A stretch of DNA of 64,000 nt from an uncultured delta proteobacterium (GCA_963841435.1 CAWJCS010000005.1:1216001-1280000), one strand, 5' to 3'; shown: positions 40,398 to 51,371, counted from the stretch's first letter. Notes: generated by a model from the letters alone, not told the origin. Made by a program: numbers and translations.

Positions 40398-42572
40398 TCA
40401 GTACCGTAGCTCCAGGCGCTTTCCCGTCACCGAAAGCTCGACCGCCAGCGGCGCCTGGCCCGTCAGGGCAACGCTGCGCGCGTCCGGCTGACTGCCACCG
40501 ATCGTCACCCGGAATTTCCCTGGTTCGAGCACGCGCTGCCCGGCCTCGTCGATGAGCGAGAGCGCTCGCGGCGTGAGCTCGAACGTCACGCGCCGCGACT
40601 CGCCCGGCGCGAGCGTGATGCGCTCGAAACCACGAAGGTCGTGGTGCGGCACGCGGCACGACGCCTCGAGGTCCTTCACGTAAAGCTCGACGACCTCGTC
40701 GCTCGTGCGGTCGCCGACGTTTTCGACGGTGGCCGACACCTGGACGTTTTCGCCAGCACCGATGCTGTCGCGGGACAGCGCGATGTCCGAATACGCAAAG
40801 CGCGTGTACGAAAGGCCGAAACCGAAGGGATAGAGCGGCTCGCGCTCGAGGTACCGGTATGTGCGCCCACGCATGTCGTAGCTCGCAAAGTCGGGCACGT
40901 CGGCGAGCGAGCGCGGGAAGGTGATGGGCAGGCGCCCCGCGGGGCTGTAGGCGCCGAACAGCACGTCGGCGAGCGCCGTGCCGGCAGCCTGCCCGGGATA
41001 CCAAGCCTGGAGGATGGCGGCCGCGTGCTCGTCGGCCCAGCCCACGGCGAGCGCGCTGCCGGCGATCAAAACGACCACCGTCGGCTTGCCGACGGCAACG
41101 ACCTCCTCCAACAACCGTTCTTGGAGGCCCGGCAGCGCGAGCGTGGTCTTGTCGCCCGCCGCGTCCGAGTTGCCGGCGTCCCCCTGCTCGCCCTCGATCT
41201 CCGCGTCGAGCCCGAGACAGAGCACGACGACGTCGGCGCGCTCGGCCATGCTCACGGCTTCGCTGAGGATCCCCGAGCGCCCGAGCCCCTCGGCGCGGTC
41301 GCCGGTGCGCCGGCATCCCTCGGCGTACCAGACCTTCGTGTGCGAAAAGACGGCGGCACGAATGCCCGCGAGCGGCGTGACCGAGCGTGACGGCGTGCCG
41401 TGATAGTTGCCGACGAGCACCGCGAGATCATCGGCGTTCGGCCCGATCACGGCGATGCTGCGAATATCACGCGAGAGCGGGAGGAGAGCGTTCGCGTTCT
41501 TCAAAAGGACGATCGACTCGCGTGTCGTCACGAGCGCGAGCTCGGCGTGCCGCTCGGAATCGTTCACCTCGTAGGGGATCTTCGCGTAGGGGACGCGATC
41601 GTTCGGATCGAACATGCCGAGCTCGAAGCGCGCACCAAAGAGCCGCTCGAGCGACCGGTCGAGGTCGGCTTCCGTGAGCAGCCCATGCTCGACCGCCGCG
41701 GGCAGGTGCTCGTAGGCGCATCCGCAGTTGAGGTCGCAGCCCGCCTTGACGGCGAGCGCCGCCGACTCCTCCCACGAGGCGGTCACCTGGTGACTCTCGT
41801 GGAAATCCTTGATGGCCCAGCAGTCGCTGACGACGTATCCCAGAAAGCCCCAGGTGCCGCGCAACACCTCGCCGAGCAGCGTCTCACTCGCGCAGCAGGG
41901 CTCGCCGTTCGTCCTGTTGTACGCGCCCATGATGCTCTTCGCGCGGGCCTCGACGATGCAGGCATGAAAGGCTGGAAGGTACGTTTCGTAGAGATCCTTC
42001 GGTGAGGCGTGGGCGTCGAAGCTGTGGCGCAGGCCCTCCGGGCCGCTGTGAACGGCGAAGTGCTTCGGCGTGGCGACGACCTTCAGGTACTTCGGGTCGT
42101 CGCCCTGCAAGCCGCGACAGAACGCGACTCCGAGCCGGCTCGTGAGGTGCGGGCACTCGCCGTACGTCTCGTGACCGCGGCCCCAGCGGGGGTCACGAAA
42201 GATGTTGATGTTGGGGCTCCAGTAGGTGAGGCCCTGGTAGTAGCCGCGGTCGTCGTGGCGGGCGAACTCGTGATGCTTGGCGCGTGCCTCGTCGCTCACG
42301 GCGACGGCCACCTCGTGCAGGCGCCGCTCGCTCCACATCGCCGCGAGCCCGATGGCCTGCGGAAACACCGTGGCGATGCCCGCGCGCGCCACGCCGTGCA
42401 GCCCCTCGTTCCACCAGTTGTACGCCGGGATGCCGAGCCTCGGCACCGCGGGCGCTTCGTGCAGCATCTGGCCGGCCTTCTCGGCGAGCGTCAGGCGCTT
42501 GATCAGGTCTTCGACGCGCGCCTCGCGCGAGAAATCTGGATTTTGGAACGGAAAGGCAGGCGGCGCCGGCAT
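40398..42572 (-). CDS. GH3 beta-xylosidase/beta-glucosidase (cytoplasmic)
   Basis: WWNEGLHGVA, WSPNINIFRDPRWGRGHETYGE, KHFAVH, VVSDCWA, C-terminal FN3-like domain; no signal peptide. Confidence 0.92.
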   Translation of the reverse strand: MPAPPAFPFQNPDFSREARVEDLIKRLTLAEKAGQMLHEAPAVPRLGIPAYNWWNEGLHGVARAGIATVFPQAIGLAAMWSERRLHEVAVAVSDEARAKHHEFARHDDRGYYQGLTYWSPNINIFRDPRWGRGHETYGECPHLTSRLGVAFCRGLQGDDPKYLKVVATPKHFAVHSGPEGLRHSFDAHASPKDLYETYLPAFHACIVEARAKSIMGAYNRTNGEPCCASETLLGEVLRGTWGFLGYVVSDCWAIKDFHESHQVTASWEESAALAVKAGCDLNCGCAYEHLPAAVEHGLLTEADLDRSLERLFGARFELGMFDPNDRVPYAKIPYEVNDSERHAELALVTTRESIVLLKNANALLPLSRDIRSIAVIGPNADDLAVLVGNYHGTPSRSVTPLAGIRAAVFSHTKVWYAEGCRRTGDRAEGLGRSGILSEAVSMAERADVVVLCLGLDAEIEGEQGDAGNSDAAGDKTTLALPGLQERLLEEVVAVGKPTVVVLIAGSALAVGWADEHAAAILQAWYPGQAAGTALADVLFGAYSPAGRLPITFPRSLADVPDFASYDMRGRTYRYLEREPLYPFGFGLSYTRFAYSDIALSRDSIGAGENVQVSATVENVGDRTSDEVVELYVKDLEASCRVPHHDLRGFERITLAPGESRRVTFELTPRALSLIDEAGQRVLEPGKFRVTIGGSQPDARSVALTGQAPLAVELSVTGKRLELRY

Positions 42573-42716
42573 GGGTGCGGGGCTCGGTTTTTACCACGGC
42601 TCGCGTCCCGCGAGCGCGACGCTTGGCGCGTTGGGCGTCGTTGCGAGGCGGCCGTCCGCGCAGCGAGGGGGCTCTCGGCGAGCAACCGATCGCCAGTTGC
42701 TCGTTTTTTGCCGCGC

Positions 42717-43730
42717 TCACACGGAGCGAACAGGGCTCGAGTCCGGTGGTGGCGCGGCGGCGGTGAGCCCCATGAAGCGACGGACGTGGAGGATGCTCGG
42801 CGGCCCGGCCACGAAGGCATAGCCGAGGGCGACCACGCGCTCGAGACTCGCCGCGGCGACGCCCATCGCCGGGGAGTAGCCGATGGCTGCCGACAGGCCG
42901 CCGAGCACGAGCTCGCGCAGGCCGATATTGCTCGGTACCAAGTTCACGACCGACATCAGGATCGCGGCCGAGCCGATGAGCGTCATGGCAAGCGGCGAGA
43001 CGGGGATGCCGAGGGCGTCGAAGCAGAGCCAGAGCCTGAGCGTGTTGAGACCGAGCTTGACGAGCGAGCTCACGAAGAGCACCAAAAGCCCCTCGCCGCG
43101 ACCCCGGATCAGCGCGAGACCCTCCGACAGGGTCCTGAGCTTTTTCGCCACGAAGCCCGGACCGCGCGGCGCCCAGCCGACGGGCAGCGAAAGGGCCAGA
43201 GCCCCCGCAACCGTCAACCCCGCGAGCGGGACGACGAGCGGCAGGGTGAAAACGGCGCGCTTCGAGAGCGCGAGCACGGCCGCGAGCCCACAGGCCGCGG
43301 CCACCGTCGCGTTGACGACCGCCCCGACCATGAGTGTCCCGACGTAGGAGGTGTACCTCAGGTCGTGGCGGCGGCGGAGCACGACCGCACGGGCGACGGA
43401 GCCGGCGCTGAGCGGCAGGTAGTTGAGCAGCATGGCGGCCCCAGTCAGCGCCAGACCGTCGGCAAAGCGTTCCGGGACGCCGAGGCGCCGCAGCATGTAG
43501 TTGAGCTCGAAGGTGCGCTGCAGGTGCGAGAGCATCAGAAGCACGACGATGGCCCCGAGCTCGGCCCAGTCGAGATCGAACGCGTGCTCGATCTCGGCAT
43601 GACGGAGCCAGAGCGTGCGCACCAGGTAGGCGATGAACGCTGCCGCGAGCACCACGGGCAAGAGCTTGCGAACGGGCGAAGCGGCGCCGGGGCTGCCGGA
43701 CTGGCTCTTTTCTCCGGTGAGGCGGGACAA
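42717..43730 (-). CDS. Lysylphosphatidylglycerol synthase TM-region (flippase-like) membrane protein
   Basis: Multiple TMs; LLNYLPLSAGSVAR; VPSNIGLRE; SLERVV. Confidence 0.72.
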   Translation of the reverse strand: MSRLTGEKSQSGSPGAASPVRKLLPVVLAAAFIAYLVRTLWLRHAEIEHAFDLDWAELGAIVVLLMLSHLQRTFELNYMLRRLGVPERFADGLALTGAAMLLNYLPLSAGSVARAVVLRRRHDLRYTSYVGTLMVGAVVNATVAAACGLAAVLALSKRAVFTLPLVVPLAGLTVAGALALSLPVGWAPRGPGFVAKKLRTLSEGLALIRGRGEGLLVLFVSSLVKLGLNTLRLWLCFDALGIPVSPLAMTLIGSAAILMSVVNLVPSNIGLRELVLGGLSAAIGYSPAMGVAAASLERVVALGYAFVAGPPSILHVRRFMGLTAAAPPPDSSPVRSV

Positions 43731-43817
43731 GCGGTACCCCTATTCCCAGGCTCTTAGCATGCGCCCCGCGCTCGGCGCGCGGTTGCTGCCCCCCGGGGCC
43801 GATCCTAGCCTCGTGCC

Positions 43818-45935
43818 GTGAACGACCGCCATGCTCCGCCCGACGACGACGGCTACCGGCTGTGGCTCCGGTACGAGCCCGTCGCGGGGCCACGCCTCGT
43901 CGAGTATCGCTCGCTCTTCACCGAGATCGTCGCTCCCGGCGGAGCGCCCACGCGCGAGGCGGCCCGCAGCGAGCTCGCACGCGGCCTCGCCGGCATCACG
44001 GCTCACCGCGTCCCGTTTGCGGGCGCTCCGTACGAGACCGGCGCCGTGATTGCGGGCACGCCGCAGTCTTCGCAGCTCGTCGCCGGCCTCGGCCTGGACG
44101 CGACGCTCGCGACGCTCGGGCCCGAAGGCTACCTGATCCGCCGCAGCGACGTGCTCGGCCGGCCTGCGACCGTGATCGCGTCGAGCACCGACGTGGGCGT
44201 GCTCTACGGCGTCTTCCACTTGCTCCGGCTGCTGCAAACGCAGACCGACGTGCGGCACCTCTCCATCGAGAGCAAGCCGCGCATTCGACACCGTCTCTTG
44301 AATCACTGGGACAATCTGGACCGCACCATCGAGCGCGGCTACGCCGGGTTCTCGCGCTGGGACTGGCAGAAGCTGCCCGGCTGGGTCGGAGACGACATCA
44401 CGGACTACGCCCGTGCCGACGCCTCGATCGGTATCAACGGCGCCGCCCTCACGAACGTCAATGCGAACGCGCTGATCCTGACCCCGGAATGGCTCGACAA
44501 GGTCGCCGCGCTAGCGGATACGCTCCGACCCTGGGGCGTTCGGGCGTACCTCACGGCGCGCTTCGACGCGCCGGTCGAGCGCGGTGCGCTGCGAACCGCG
44601 GACCCGCTGGACGGCGACGTGCAGGCGTTCTGGCGCCGAACGGCCGAGGCCATCTACCGGCGCATCCCGGACTTCGGCGGGTTCGTCGTGAAGGCGAACT
44701 CCGAGGGGCAGCCGGGCCCCCAGGACTACGGCCGCAGCCACGCCGACGGCGCGAACCTGCTCGCCGACGCGCTCGCCCCGCACGGCGGCACGGTGTTCTG
44801 GCGTGCGTTCGTCTACTCGAACGAGGTGCCCGTCGATCGGGCGCGCCAGGCGTACGAGGAGCTCGTCCCGCTCGACGGCGCCTTCCGCGAAAACGTCATC
44901 GTGCAGGTGAAAAATGGGCCGATCGATTTTCAGCCGCGCGAGCCGTTCCACCCGCTGTTCGGCGCGATGCCGAAGACGCCGCTCGCGCTCGAGCTGATGA
45001 TCACGCAGGAGTACCTCGGGTTTTCGACGCACCTCGTCTACCTGGGGCCGCTGTTCGAGGAGTGCCTGCGCTCGGATACGCACGCGAGCGGCCCGGGGTC
45101 GACGGTCGCCCGGATCGTCGACGGGACGCTCGAGGGGCACGAGCGGAGCGCCATGGTCGGCGTCGCCAACATCGGCACCGATCGAAACTGGTGCGGGCAC
45201 CCGTGCGCGGCGGCAAACTGGTACGCCTTCGGGCGGCTCGCGTGGGATCACGAGCTTTCTTCGGCGAAGATCGCCGAAGAGTGGCTACGCATGACGTTCA
45301 CGAACGACCGCGACTTCGTCGAGGGCGGAAAGGACATCTTGCTCGCCTCGCGGGAGGCCGCGGTCGACTACATGACGCCGCTCGGCCTGCACCACCTGAT
45401 GGCGCGCGATCACCACTACGGCCCGGGCCCCTGGGTCGAAGGCGGCAAGCGCGCCGACTGGACGAGCGTCTACTACCACCGCGCCGACGAGGCCGGCCTC
45501 GGGTTCGACCGTTCGGCAACGGGGAGCAACGCCGTCGCGCAGTACCACGGCGTGCTCGCCGAGCGCTTCGGGCGGCTCGAATCGTGCCCCGAGGAGCTCC
45601 TGCTCTGGTTCCATCACGTCAGCTGGGATCACCGCCTCGCCTCGGGAGACACGCTGTGGGAGTCACTCTGCCGCACGTATTACGAGGGCGTGGCGAGCGT
45701 CGCGAGGATGCGAAGCCAGTGGGACGCGTTCCGAGGCCTCATCGACGACGCGCGTTTCCGACACGTCAAGGCTTTGCTGGCGATGCAAGAGCAGGAGGCA
45801 CGCTGGTGGCGCGACGCGTGCGTCCTCTATTTCCAGACGTTCTCGAAGCGCGAGCTACCCGAGGGCTTGGAGCCGCCGCTTGGCACGCTCGCCGACTACC
45901 GAGCCATCGAGCATCGCTTCGTGCCCGGCATCTGA
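43818..45935 (+). CDS. aguA: GH67 alpha-glucuronidase
   Basis: DGYRLWLRY, LNHWDNLD..IERGYAG, VKANSEGQPGP, QVKNGPIDFQPREP, TQEYLG, ELLLWFHH. Confidence 0.95.
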   Translation: MNDRHAPPDDDGYRLWLRYEPVAGPRLVEYRSLFTEIVAPGGAPTREAARSELARGLAGITAHRVPFAGAPYETGAVIAGTPQSSQLVAGLGLDATLATLGPEGYLIRRSDVLGRPATVIASSTDVGVLYGVFHLLRLLQTQTDVRHLSIESKPRIRHRLLNHWDNLDRTIERGYAGFSRWDWQKLPGWVGDDITDYARADASIGINGAALTNVNANALILTPEWLDKVAALADTLRPWGVRAYLTARFDAPVERGALRTADPLDGDVQAFWRRTAEAIYRRIPDFGGFVVKANSEGQPGPQDYGRSHADGANLLADALAPHGGTVFWRAFVYSNEVPVDRARQAYEELVPLDGAFRENVIVQVKNGPIDFQPREPFHPLFGAMPKTPLALELMITQEYLGFSTHLVYLGPLFEECLRSDTHASGPGSTVARIVDGTLEGHERSAMVGVANIGTDRNWCGHPCAAANWYAFGRLAWDHELSSAKIAEEWLRMTFTNDRDFVEGGKDILLASREAAVDYMTPLGLHHLMARDHHYGPGPWVEGGKRADWTSVYYHRADEAGLGFDRSATGSNAVAQYHGVLAERFGRLESCPEELLLWFHHVSWDHRLASGDTLWESLCRTYYEGVASVARMRSQWDAFRGLIDDARFRHVKALLAMQEQEARWWRDACVLYFQTFSKRELPEGLEPPLGTLADYRAIEHRFVPGI

Positions 45936-45938
45936 CGC

Positions 45939-46460
45939 TCAGCCCTTGAGCACGGCTAGCCGCTCGCGGTGCCGAGCCTGCGACGCGTTGTAGTCGCCTT
46001 GGCCGAGGCCGAGCGCCGTCGTGATGCGGCGCAGGAGGTTCGTCTCGGGCGTCGTGATGCTTCCGTCGGCGGCCGCCAGATCGACGAGCGCATCGAGCAC
46101 CTCACGACGCAGCTCGACGTCACCGAGCTCGCGCAGGGCACGCGTGTAGCGCGGCAGCTCCACCGTCGCTGCCGTGACGACGTGGCGTCGCAGCGCGTCG
46201 CAGACGGCATCGACCCCCTGCTGGGTCATGCCCTGGACCCGACCGAGCGCCACACGGACCAAATCCTCCTCGTTCTGCGAGTAGTCGCGATCGGCGTAGG
46301 CCACGGCGGCGAGCAGCCCGGCGAGCGCCCCAACGACGCGCACGGTTTCGTCGTCGGCACCGGGCAGGTGCTCGCGCACTCGCTCCAGGATCTCCGACGT
46401 GCCTTCATCGGGCTCTTCGTTCTGCCCGCGAGTGAGCCAGCGACCGAACATTCGGTCCAT
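45939..46460 (-). CDS. TerB-family (tellurite resistance-like) protein
   Basis: VAYADRDYSQNE and LAAADGSITTPE, the two TerB acidic motifs. Confidence 0.8.
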   Translation of the reverse strand: MDRMFGRWLTRGQNEEPDEGTSEILERVREHLPGADDETVRVVGALAGLLAAVAYADRDYSQNEEDLVRVALGRVQGMTQQGVDAVCDALRRHVVTAATVELPRYTRALRELGDVELRREVLDALVDLAAADGSITTPETNLLRRITTALGLGQGDYNASQARHRERLAVLKG

Positions 46461-46768
46461 GCTGCCGCATCGACGGCAGAATCGCTAGCAAACGTCCCGC
46501 GCGGTCGAGCGGAGCGCTCGGCCCCGGCGCCACCGACCACCCCGGGGCCGGCGGCGCCGGGAGCTCAGGCGCCCACCCCCAACCCACCGTGCGTGCCGGC
46601 TCCGCCGAGGCAGAGCCCGATCCCCCCACGACTCTCAGGACAACGACATGAGACCTGAGGCGATAGGACCACGCCGCTTAGTGCCGGCTTGGCGTCCCAT
46701 CCATCACCCAAAATCGACCCTGACCCGTCAGCATCCTATGCTCCGTCTCGGGTGCCCCCGAAAAGGCC

Positions 46769-47103
46769 ATGAAGATCACGGACGCCAAGGTCATCGTCTG
46801 CTGCCCCGGCCGCAATTTCGTGACGCTGAAGGTCAACGGGCGCGAGCAAGCCGTCACCTGGCGGCGTCGATCCATGTCGATCTCGCCCTGAACAATTTCG
46901 GAATTCAGGAGTCCATGCCGCACGACCCCGTGGTGAACGAAGTGTTCTCCACCAACTATCGCTTCGAGGGGGGCTATCTCACGATCGACGACCGACCGGG
47001 CATCGGCGTCGAGATCGACGAGGAACAGGCCAAAAGGTACCCGTATCAAATGGCGTCGTTGCCCGTCGCCCGGAAGCAGCATGGAACAATCTTCCACTGG
47101 TAG
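46769..47103 (+). pseudogene. manD: RspA/ManD D-mannonate dehydratase remnant with a large internal deletion
   Basis: N-terminus MKITDAKVIVCCPGRNFVTLK is joined out of frame to the C-terminus HVDLALNNFGIQE...[29 protein letters not shown]. Confidence 0.8.
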
Positions 47104-47188
47104 TGTGCGCTCGAAGCGCCAGCACCCCGCGGGGTTGCGGCGAGCGGGCGCATCCGAGCACCCGCGCTCGCGTGCTATCCTCTCATTC

Positions 47189-48169
47189 ATGCCGCGAGCG
47201 ACAGGCGTGCTGTCGAGAGCCATGGGCGTGACCGCAGTGGTCGCCTGGCTTCTCGGTGGCTGCAGCAGCAAGGAGAACGACTTCTTCTCCAACAAGCCCG
47301 GCGCGGGGGGCCTCGGGGAAAGCGGTGGCGGCGCAGGATCGAGCGGGACCGGAGGCAGCGGCGACAATGGCGGCATCGGCGGCAGCGCGGGGGACGAAAC
47401 GGGCGGCACCTCGGCGACGGGCGGCAGCGCGGGCTCGACTGGTGCCGACGGCGGCACCGGTGCGAGCTCGGGCAACGGCGATGGCGGCGCCGGTGCAAGC
47501 TCGGGCGCAGGCGGAGGCTCGGGCGCGGGCGGAGACTCGGGCACGGGCGGTCAGGCTGGGACTGGAGGCGGCGCCGGCTCCGGAGGCAACGGAGGCACGT
47601 CCGGCAGCGGCGGGACGCTCGGTGGCACGTCCGGCGAGGCCGGCGCGGGGGACACGGGGGCAGGCGGCGACCCCGGGCACGGCTGCGCGAGCGACGCTGA
47701 CTGCGCGGGCGACACCGAGTATTGCAACAAGCCGAGCTGCGGAGCGACGGACGGTCAGTGCGAGCCGCGCCCCACGAGCTGCACGGGCGCGGAAGCGGCT
47801 TTCACGCCGGTCTGCGGCTGCGACGGCATGACGTACTACAGCCCCTGCGTCGCCGCGCGCGAGGGCGTGAACGTCACCGCCACAGGCGAGTGCCCCACGG
47901 ACGGCGCGGCCGGATGCACGCGCCTCGAGGGCGGCGCGTCGTGCAAGCCGTCGCGGAGCCACGCGCGCTGCTACCGCCCGCGTGACAACTGCCAGGGTCA
48001 AAGCTCGCCCACGACGGGCGTTTGCTGGGTGTTACCCGACGAGTGCCCGGACGAGCCGGCGGATCAACGCTACTGCGGCGGCACCGCCGGCAACGCGCGG
48101 TGCCTCGGGCTCTGCCAGGCGATCGACGACGAGAATCCGTTTTATCGAGACGCGCCGCAGTGTCAGTGA
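47189..48169 (+). CDS. Gly/Ser-linker lipoprotein with a Kazal-like Cys-rich domain
   Basis: Lipobox [27 protein letters not shown]. Confidence 0.72.
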   Translation: MPRATGVLSRAMGVTAVVAWLLGGCSSKENDFFSNKPGAGGLGESGGGAGSSGTGGSGDNGGIGGSAGDETGGTSATGGSAGSTGADGGTGASSGNGDGGAGASSGAGGGSGAGGDSGTGGQAGTGGGAGSGGNGGTSGSGGTLGGTSGEAGAGDTGAGGDPGHGCASDADCAGDTEYCNKPSCGATDGQCEPRPTSCTGAEAAFTPVCGCDGMTYYSPCVAAREGVNVTATGECPTDGAAGCTRLEGGASCKPSRSHARCYRPRDNCQGQSSPTTGVCWVLPDECPDEPADQRYCGGTAGNARCLGLCQAIDDENPFYRDAPQCQ

Positions 48170-48196
48170 GGGCTGGGGCGGCGTTGCGTCTCCTCA

Positions 48197-49126
48197 CTAG
48201 CCCTTGACGGCACCGCTCGTCAGGCCGCCGATGAATTCGCGCTCGAGGGCGAAGAACAGGATGGCCGGCGGGATGATGGCAATCAGCGTTCCGGCCAGGA
48301 ACACGCCGTAGTCGGCGCGGTACAGGCCGAGGTAGAGATTCAGGATCACGGGGAGCGTGAGCTTGTCCTGCGTGTGCAAAAAGATGCTGGGCGCGAAGAA
48401 GGCGTTCCAGTTGCTGAGAAAGGTCACCAGGCAAAACGCAGCGCACATGGGCCGCACGAGCGGCATCACGAGCCGAAGATAGATGCCGAGCTCGCTCGCG
48501 CCGTCGATGCGCCCGGCGTCCATCATCTCGTTCGGGATCGAGATCATGCTCTGCCGGAACAGGAAGATGCCGTACGGCACGACGAGGATCGGCAAGATCA
48601 GGGCTGCGTAGCTATCGACGAGGCCGAGCTTGACGATCATCTCGTAAAGTGGCGCGAGCAGCAGCACCGAGGGGATCATCATCGAGCCGAGCATGAACGT
48701 CATCAGCGCGCGCTTACCGGAGAAGTCGAACTTCGCGAGCGCGTAGCCGGCGGCCGAGCAAAATAGCGTCTGCAACACCGTGATCGTGCTCGTCACGAAC
48801 AGCGAGTTGACCACGTATTGCCAGAAGAACACCTTGCCCTGGATGCTGGCATCGCCCTCGAACAGCCTGCGGAAGTTGTCGAGGTTCATCGTCGTTTGCG
48901 ACCACTCGGCGAGCGGCGGGAAAAAGACGTATTCGTTCTGAACCAGCTTGTCCTTGAAGGCGGACGCGACGAGCCACAAGAAGGGAGCGAGGATGAGGCA
49001 CGCTGCGAAGCCGAGCAGGACCCAGCGAAGATAGGAAATGGCGACCTTGGGCCGCTTGGGCGAGCGTAGCCACAGAACCGCGAAGCCCGCGAACAGCACG
49101 AAACAGGTGAGCCGGAGAGGGTTCAT
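48197..49126 (-). CDS. Carbohydrate ABC transporter permease (MalG-like)
   Basis: AGYALAKFDF, EMMDAGRIDGAS (EAA loop), FIGGLTSGAVKG. Confidence 0.92.
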   Translation of the reverse strand: MNPLRLTCFVLFAGFAVLWLRSPKRPKVAISYLRWVLLGFAACLILAPFLWLVASAFKDKLVQNEYVFFPPLAEWSQTTMNLDNFRRLFEGDASIQGKVFFWQYVVNSLFVTSTITVLQTLFCSAAGYALAKFDFSGKRALMTFMLGSMMIPSVLLLAPLYEMIVKLGLVDSYAALILPILVVPYGIFLFRQSMISIPNEMMDAGRIDGASELGIYLRLVMPLVRPMCAAFCLVTFLSNWNAFFAPSIFLHTQDKLTLPVILNLYLGLYRADYGVFLAGTLIAIIPPAILFFALEREFIGGLTSGAVKG

Positions 49127-49132
49127 GATCGC

Positions 49133-50008
49133 TCAGTCCTCCACGACGCCGGAGAAGCGGATCTGCAACGAGCTCAGGGCGAAGATGATGATGGCGACGA
49201 CCCAGCCCACGGCCGAGCCGAGCCCGAGATCACCGGTGACGAAGCCGACGTCGTAGAGGTAGGTGATTACGGTGAGCCCTGCGTTGTCGGGGCCGCGCCC
49301 GTTGCTCTGGGAAAGCAGCGCGAGCGGCAGCTCGAAGAGCTGGTAAGAGCCGATCAGGCTCGTGACGACCACGAACACGACGACGTGGCGCATCGACGGC
49401 AACGTCACGTGCCGGAACACCTGGAAGCGGTTCGCGCCGTCGACGCGGGCAGCCTCCTCGAGCGACTTGTCGACGCTCTGGAGCGCAGCCAAAAAATAGA
49501 TCATGTTGAAGCCCACGTAGAGCCAGAGCGCGGCAATCACGATGGCCGGCATCACGAGCGCCGGGTCGTTGAGCCACTGCTTGTCGAGCCCCCAGCCCAG
49601 GAGCTCCTGCAGGAATCGGTTCACGAGGCCGTAGCGCGGCGTGAAGAGCACGCTGAACAGCACGCCGACGAAGATTTGACCCACGAGGTTCGGTGAAAAC
49701 AGGACCAGCCTGAGAAGCCCGCGCGTCCAACCCTTTCCCGAGTTGAGCAAGAGTGCGAGGCCCATCGAGAGCGGTAGCTGCACGAGCACCGAGCAGGCGG
49801 CGAAGATGGTCGTGTTGACCAGTGCCTTGCCGAAGATCGGATCGGTGAACAAGAATCGGAAGTTGTCGAACCCGACGAAGGCACGCGCGGCAGGGCCGTT
49901 GGTCTGGTAAAATGCGAGAATGGCGGCGTTGATCAGCGGGTAGACGACGAAGACGGCCGTCACCGCCACGTACGGGATCAAGAACAAGTAGGGCGGGCGC
50001 TTTCTCAC
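49133..50008 (-). CDS. Carbohydrate ABC transporter permease (MalF-like)
   Basis: FVGFDNF, LEEAARVDGANRFQVFRHVTLP. Confidence 0.92.
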   Translation of the reverse strand: MRKRPPYLFLIPYVAVTAVFVVYPLINAAILAFYQTNGPAARAFVGFDNFRFLFTDPIFGKALVNTTIFAACSVLVQLPLSMGLALLLNSGKGWTRGLLRLVLFSPNLVGQIFVGVLFSVLFTPRYGLVNRFLQELLGWGLDKQWLNDPALVMPAIVIAALWLYVGFNMIYFLAALQSVDKSLEEAARVDGANRFQVFRHVTLPSMRHVVVFVVVTSLIGSYQLFELPLALLSQSNGRGPDNAGLTVITYLYDVGFVTGDLGLGSAVGWVVAIIIFALSSLQIRFSGVVED

Positions 50009-50009
50009 G

Positions 50010-51371
50010 TCAGTGCCTCGCCAGCACGTTGCGCCCCATGAAGCGCTCGAGATCGGCCGTCACGCGCCGGAGCTCACGGCGGATCCTGTCCTCGAGCCCG
50101 TCGTTGCCGTGAGCGCGGTAGTGCTCGAGCGCCCGCAGAAACACGTCGCCTAGCCGGTCCTCGGCGCGAGTCTTGTAGGGCGTGGACCAGTCGGCGGGGG
50201 CTTCCGGCGCGAGCGCCGCATATTCGAGGCCGAGCCGCTGGCCGCCGAAGAAGGCATTTTCGCGGGAAAACTCGGGCAAGCCCCACGAGTCCTTGAGCGG
50301 CGGGATGATGTTGGTGAAGCGGTAACGCCGCCCGAGCTGCTCGGGGTCGAAGTACAGAATCTTGGCGAGCTCCCAGGCGAGCTCGGGGTGGCGCGTTGCC
50401 TTCGTGATGGCGAGCCCCGAGCCGCCCCACACGCTCGTGCGACGACCACCGGCATGCCAGGCAGGCATGGGCATCACGCGCATGAGCCCCTCGAGGTTCG
50501 GCGCTTCGAGCTCGATGGCATGGGTGCGCCAATCCGGCATGATGTAAAAAACCGCGAGCCCGTCCTTGATCGCCTTGTAGAGCGCCTGCCCCCAGCCGCA
50601 CTGCGTGGCGATGCGGGTCTTGCCCTCGACCGCGCGCACGTACCAGGCGATGGTTTCGACCGTGGCGGGCTGGTCCATCACGAGGGTGCCCTCGGCGTCG
50701 AACAGGCTGACGCCCTGCTGGAGCAAGAGGATCTCGAGCCCCCAGGGCTCGCCGAGCGGCAGGTCGATGAGGTAGCGGTCGACGACGCCGTCGCCGTCGA
50801 GGTCCTTCATGAACTTCGGCTTGAGCGCGATGAAGTCGTCCCAGGTCTTGATCGAGGCCGGGTCGACGCCCGCCTGGTCGAGCAGGTCCGCGCGGTACGC
50901 GAGCATCACCGGGTGCACGTCGTGGGGCAGCGCGAAGACGTGGCCGCGCGACGACCAAAGGCTGAGCCGCGACTCGACGAGGCGTTTTTTGAGCCCCTCG
51001 CGCTCCAGCCGCTCGGTGAGGTCGACGAAGCCCACGTCCTCGAGCGGGCCGCGCGTGAAGAACGCGATATCGCCCGCGCCGATCTCGACCATGTCCGGCA
51101 CGGGCGTGTGCGCCAACATCGCATTTTGCAGGCGCGTTTGCAGCGCGCGCTGGTGCACGAGCTCGACCGAGACGCGCACGCCGTGCTTCTGCTCGAACGC
51201 CGGCACAACGTCGCGGTACGCCTCGAGATGATTGACGGCGAAGGTGGCGAACACGAGGTCGGGCTTCGTGTCGGCGCGCAGGCGCTGGGTGACGACCACG
51301 AGCAGGGTCGAAACGAGCGCCAGCACCGTTAGCCAGAACGGCGCCTTGCCGAACGGAAAGCGTTCGACCAT
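50010..51371 (-). CDS. Sugar ABC transporter solute-binding protein
   Basis: N-terminal hydrophobic anchor, PDMVEI, ALPHDVHPVMLAYRADL, TWDDF, WGGSGLAITK. Confidence 0.88.
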   Translation of the reverse strand: MVERFPFGKAPFWLTVLALVSTLLVVVTQRLRADTKPDLVFATFAVNHLEAYRDVVPAFEQKHGVRVSVELVHQRALQTRLQNAMLAHTPVPDMVEIGAGDIAFFTRGPLEDVGFVDLTERLEREGLKKRLVESRLSLWSSRGHVFALPHDVHPVMLAYRADLLDQAGVDPASIKTWDDFIALKPKFMKDLDGDGVVDRYLIDLPLGEPWGLEILLLQQGVSLFDAEGTLVMDQPATVETIAWYVRAVEGKTRIATQCGWGQALYKAIKDGLAVFYIMPDWRTHAIELEAPNLEGLMRVMPMPAWHAGGRRTSVWGGSGLAITKATRHPELAWELAKILYFDPEQLGRRYRFTNIIPPLKDSWGLPEFSRENAFFGGQRLGLEYAALAPEAPADWSTPYKTRAEDRLGDVFLRALEHYRAHGNDGLEDRIRRELRRVTADLERFMGRNVLARH

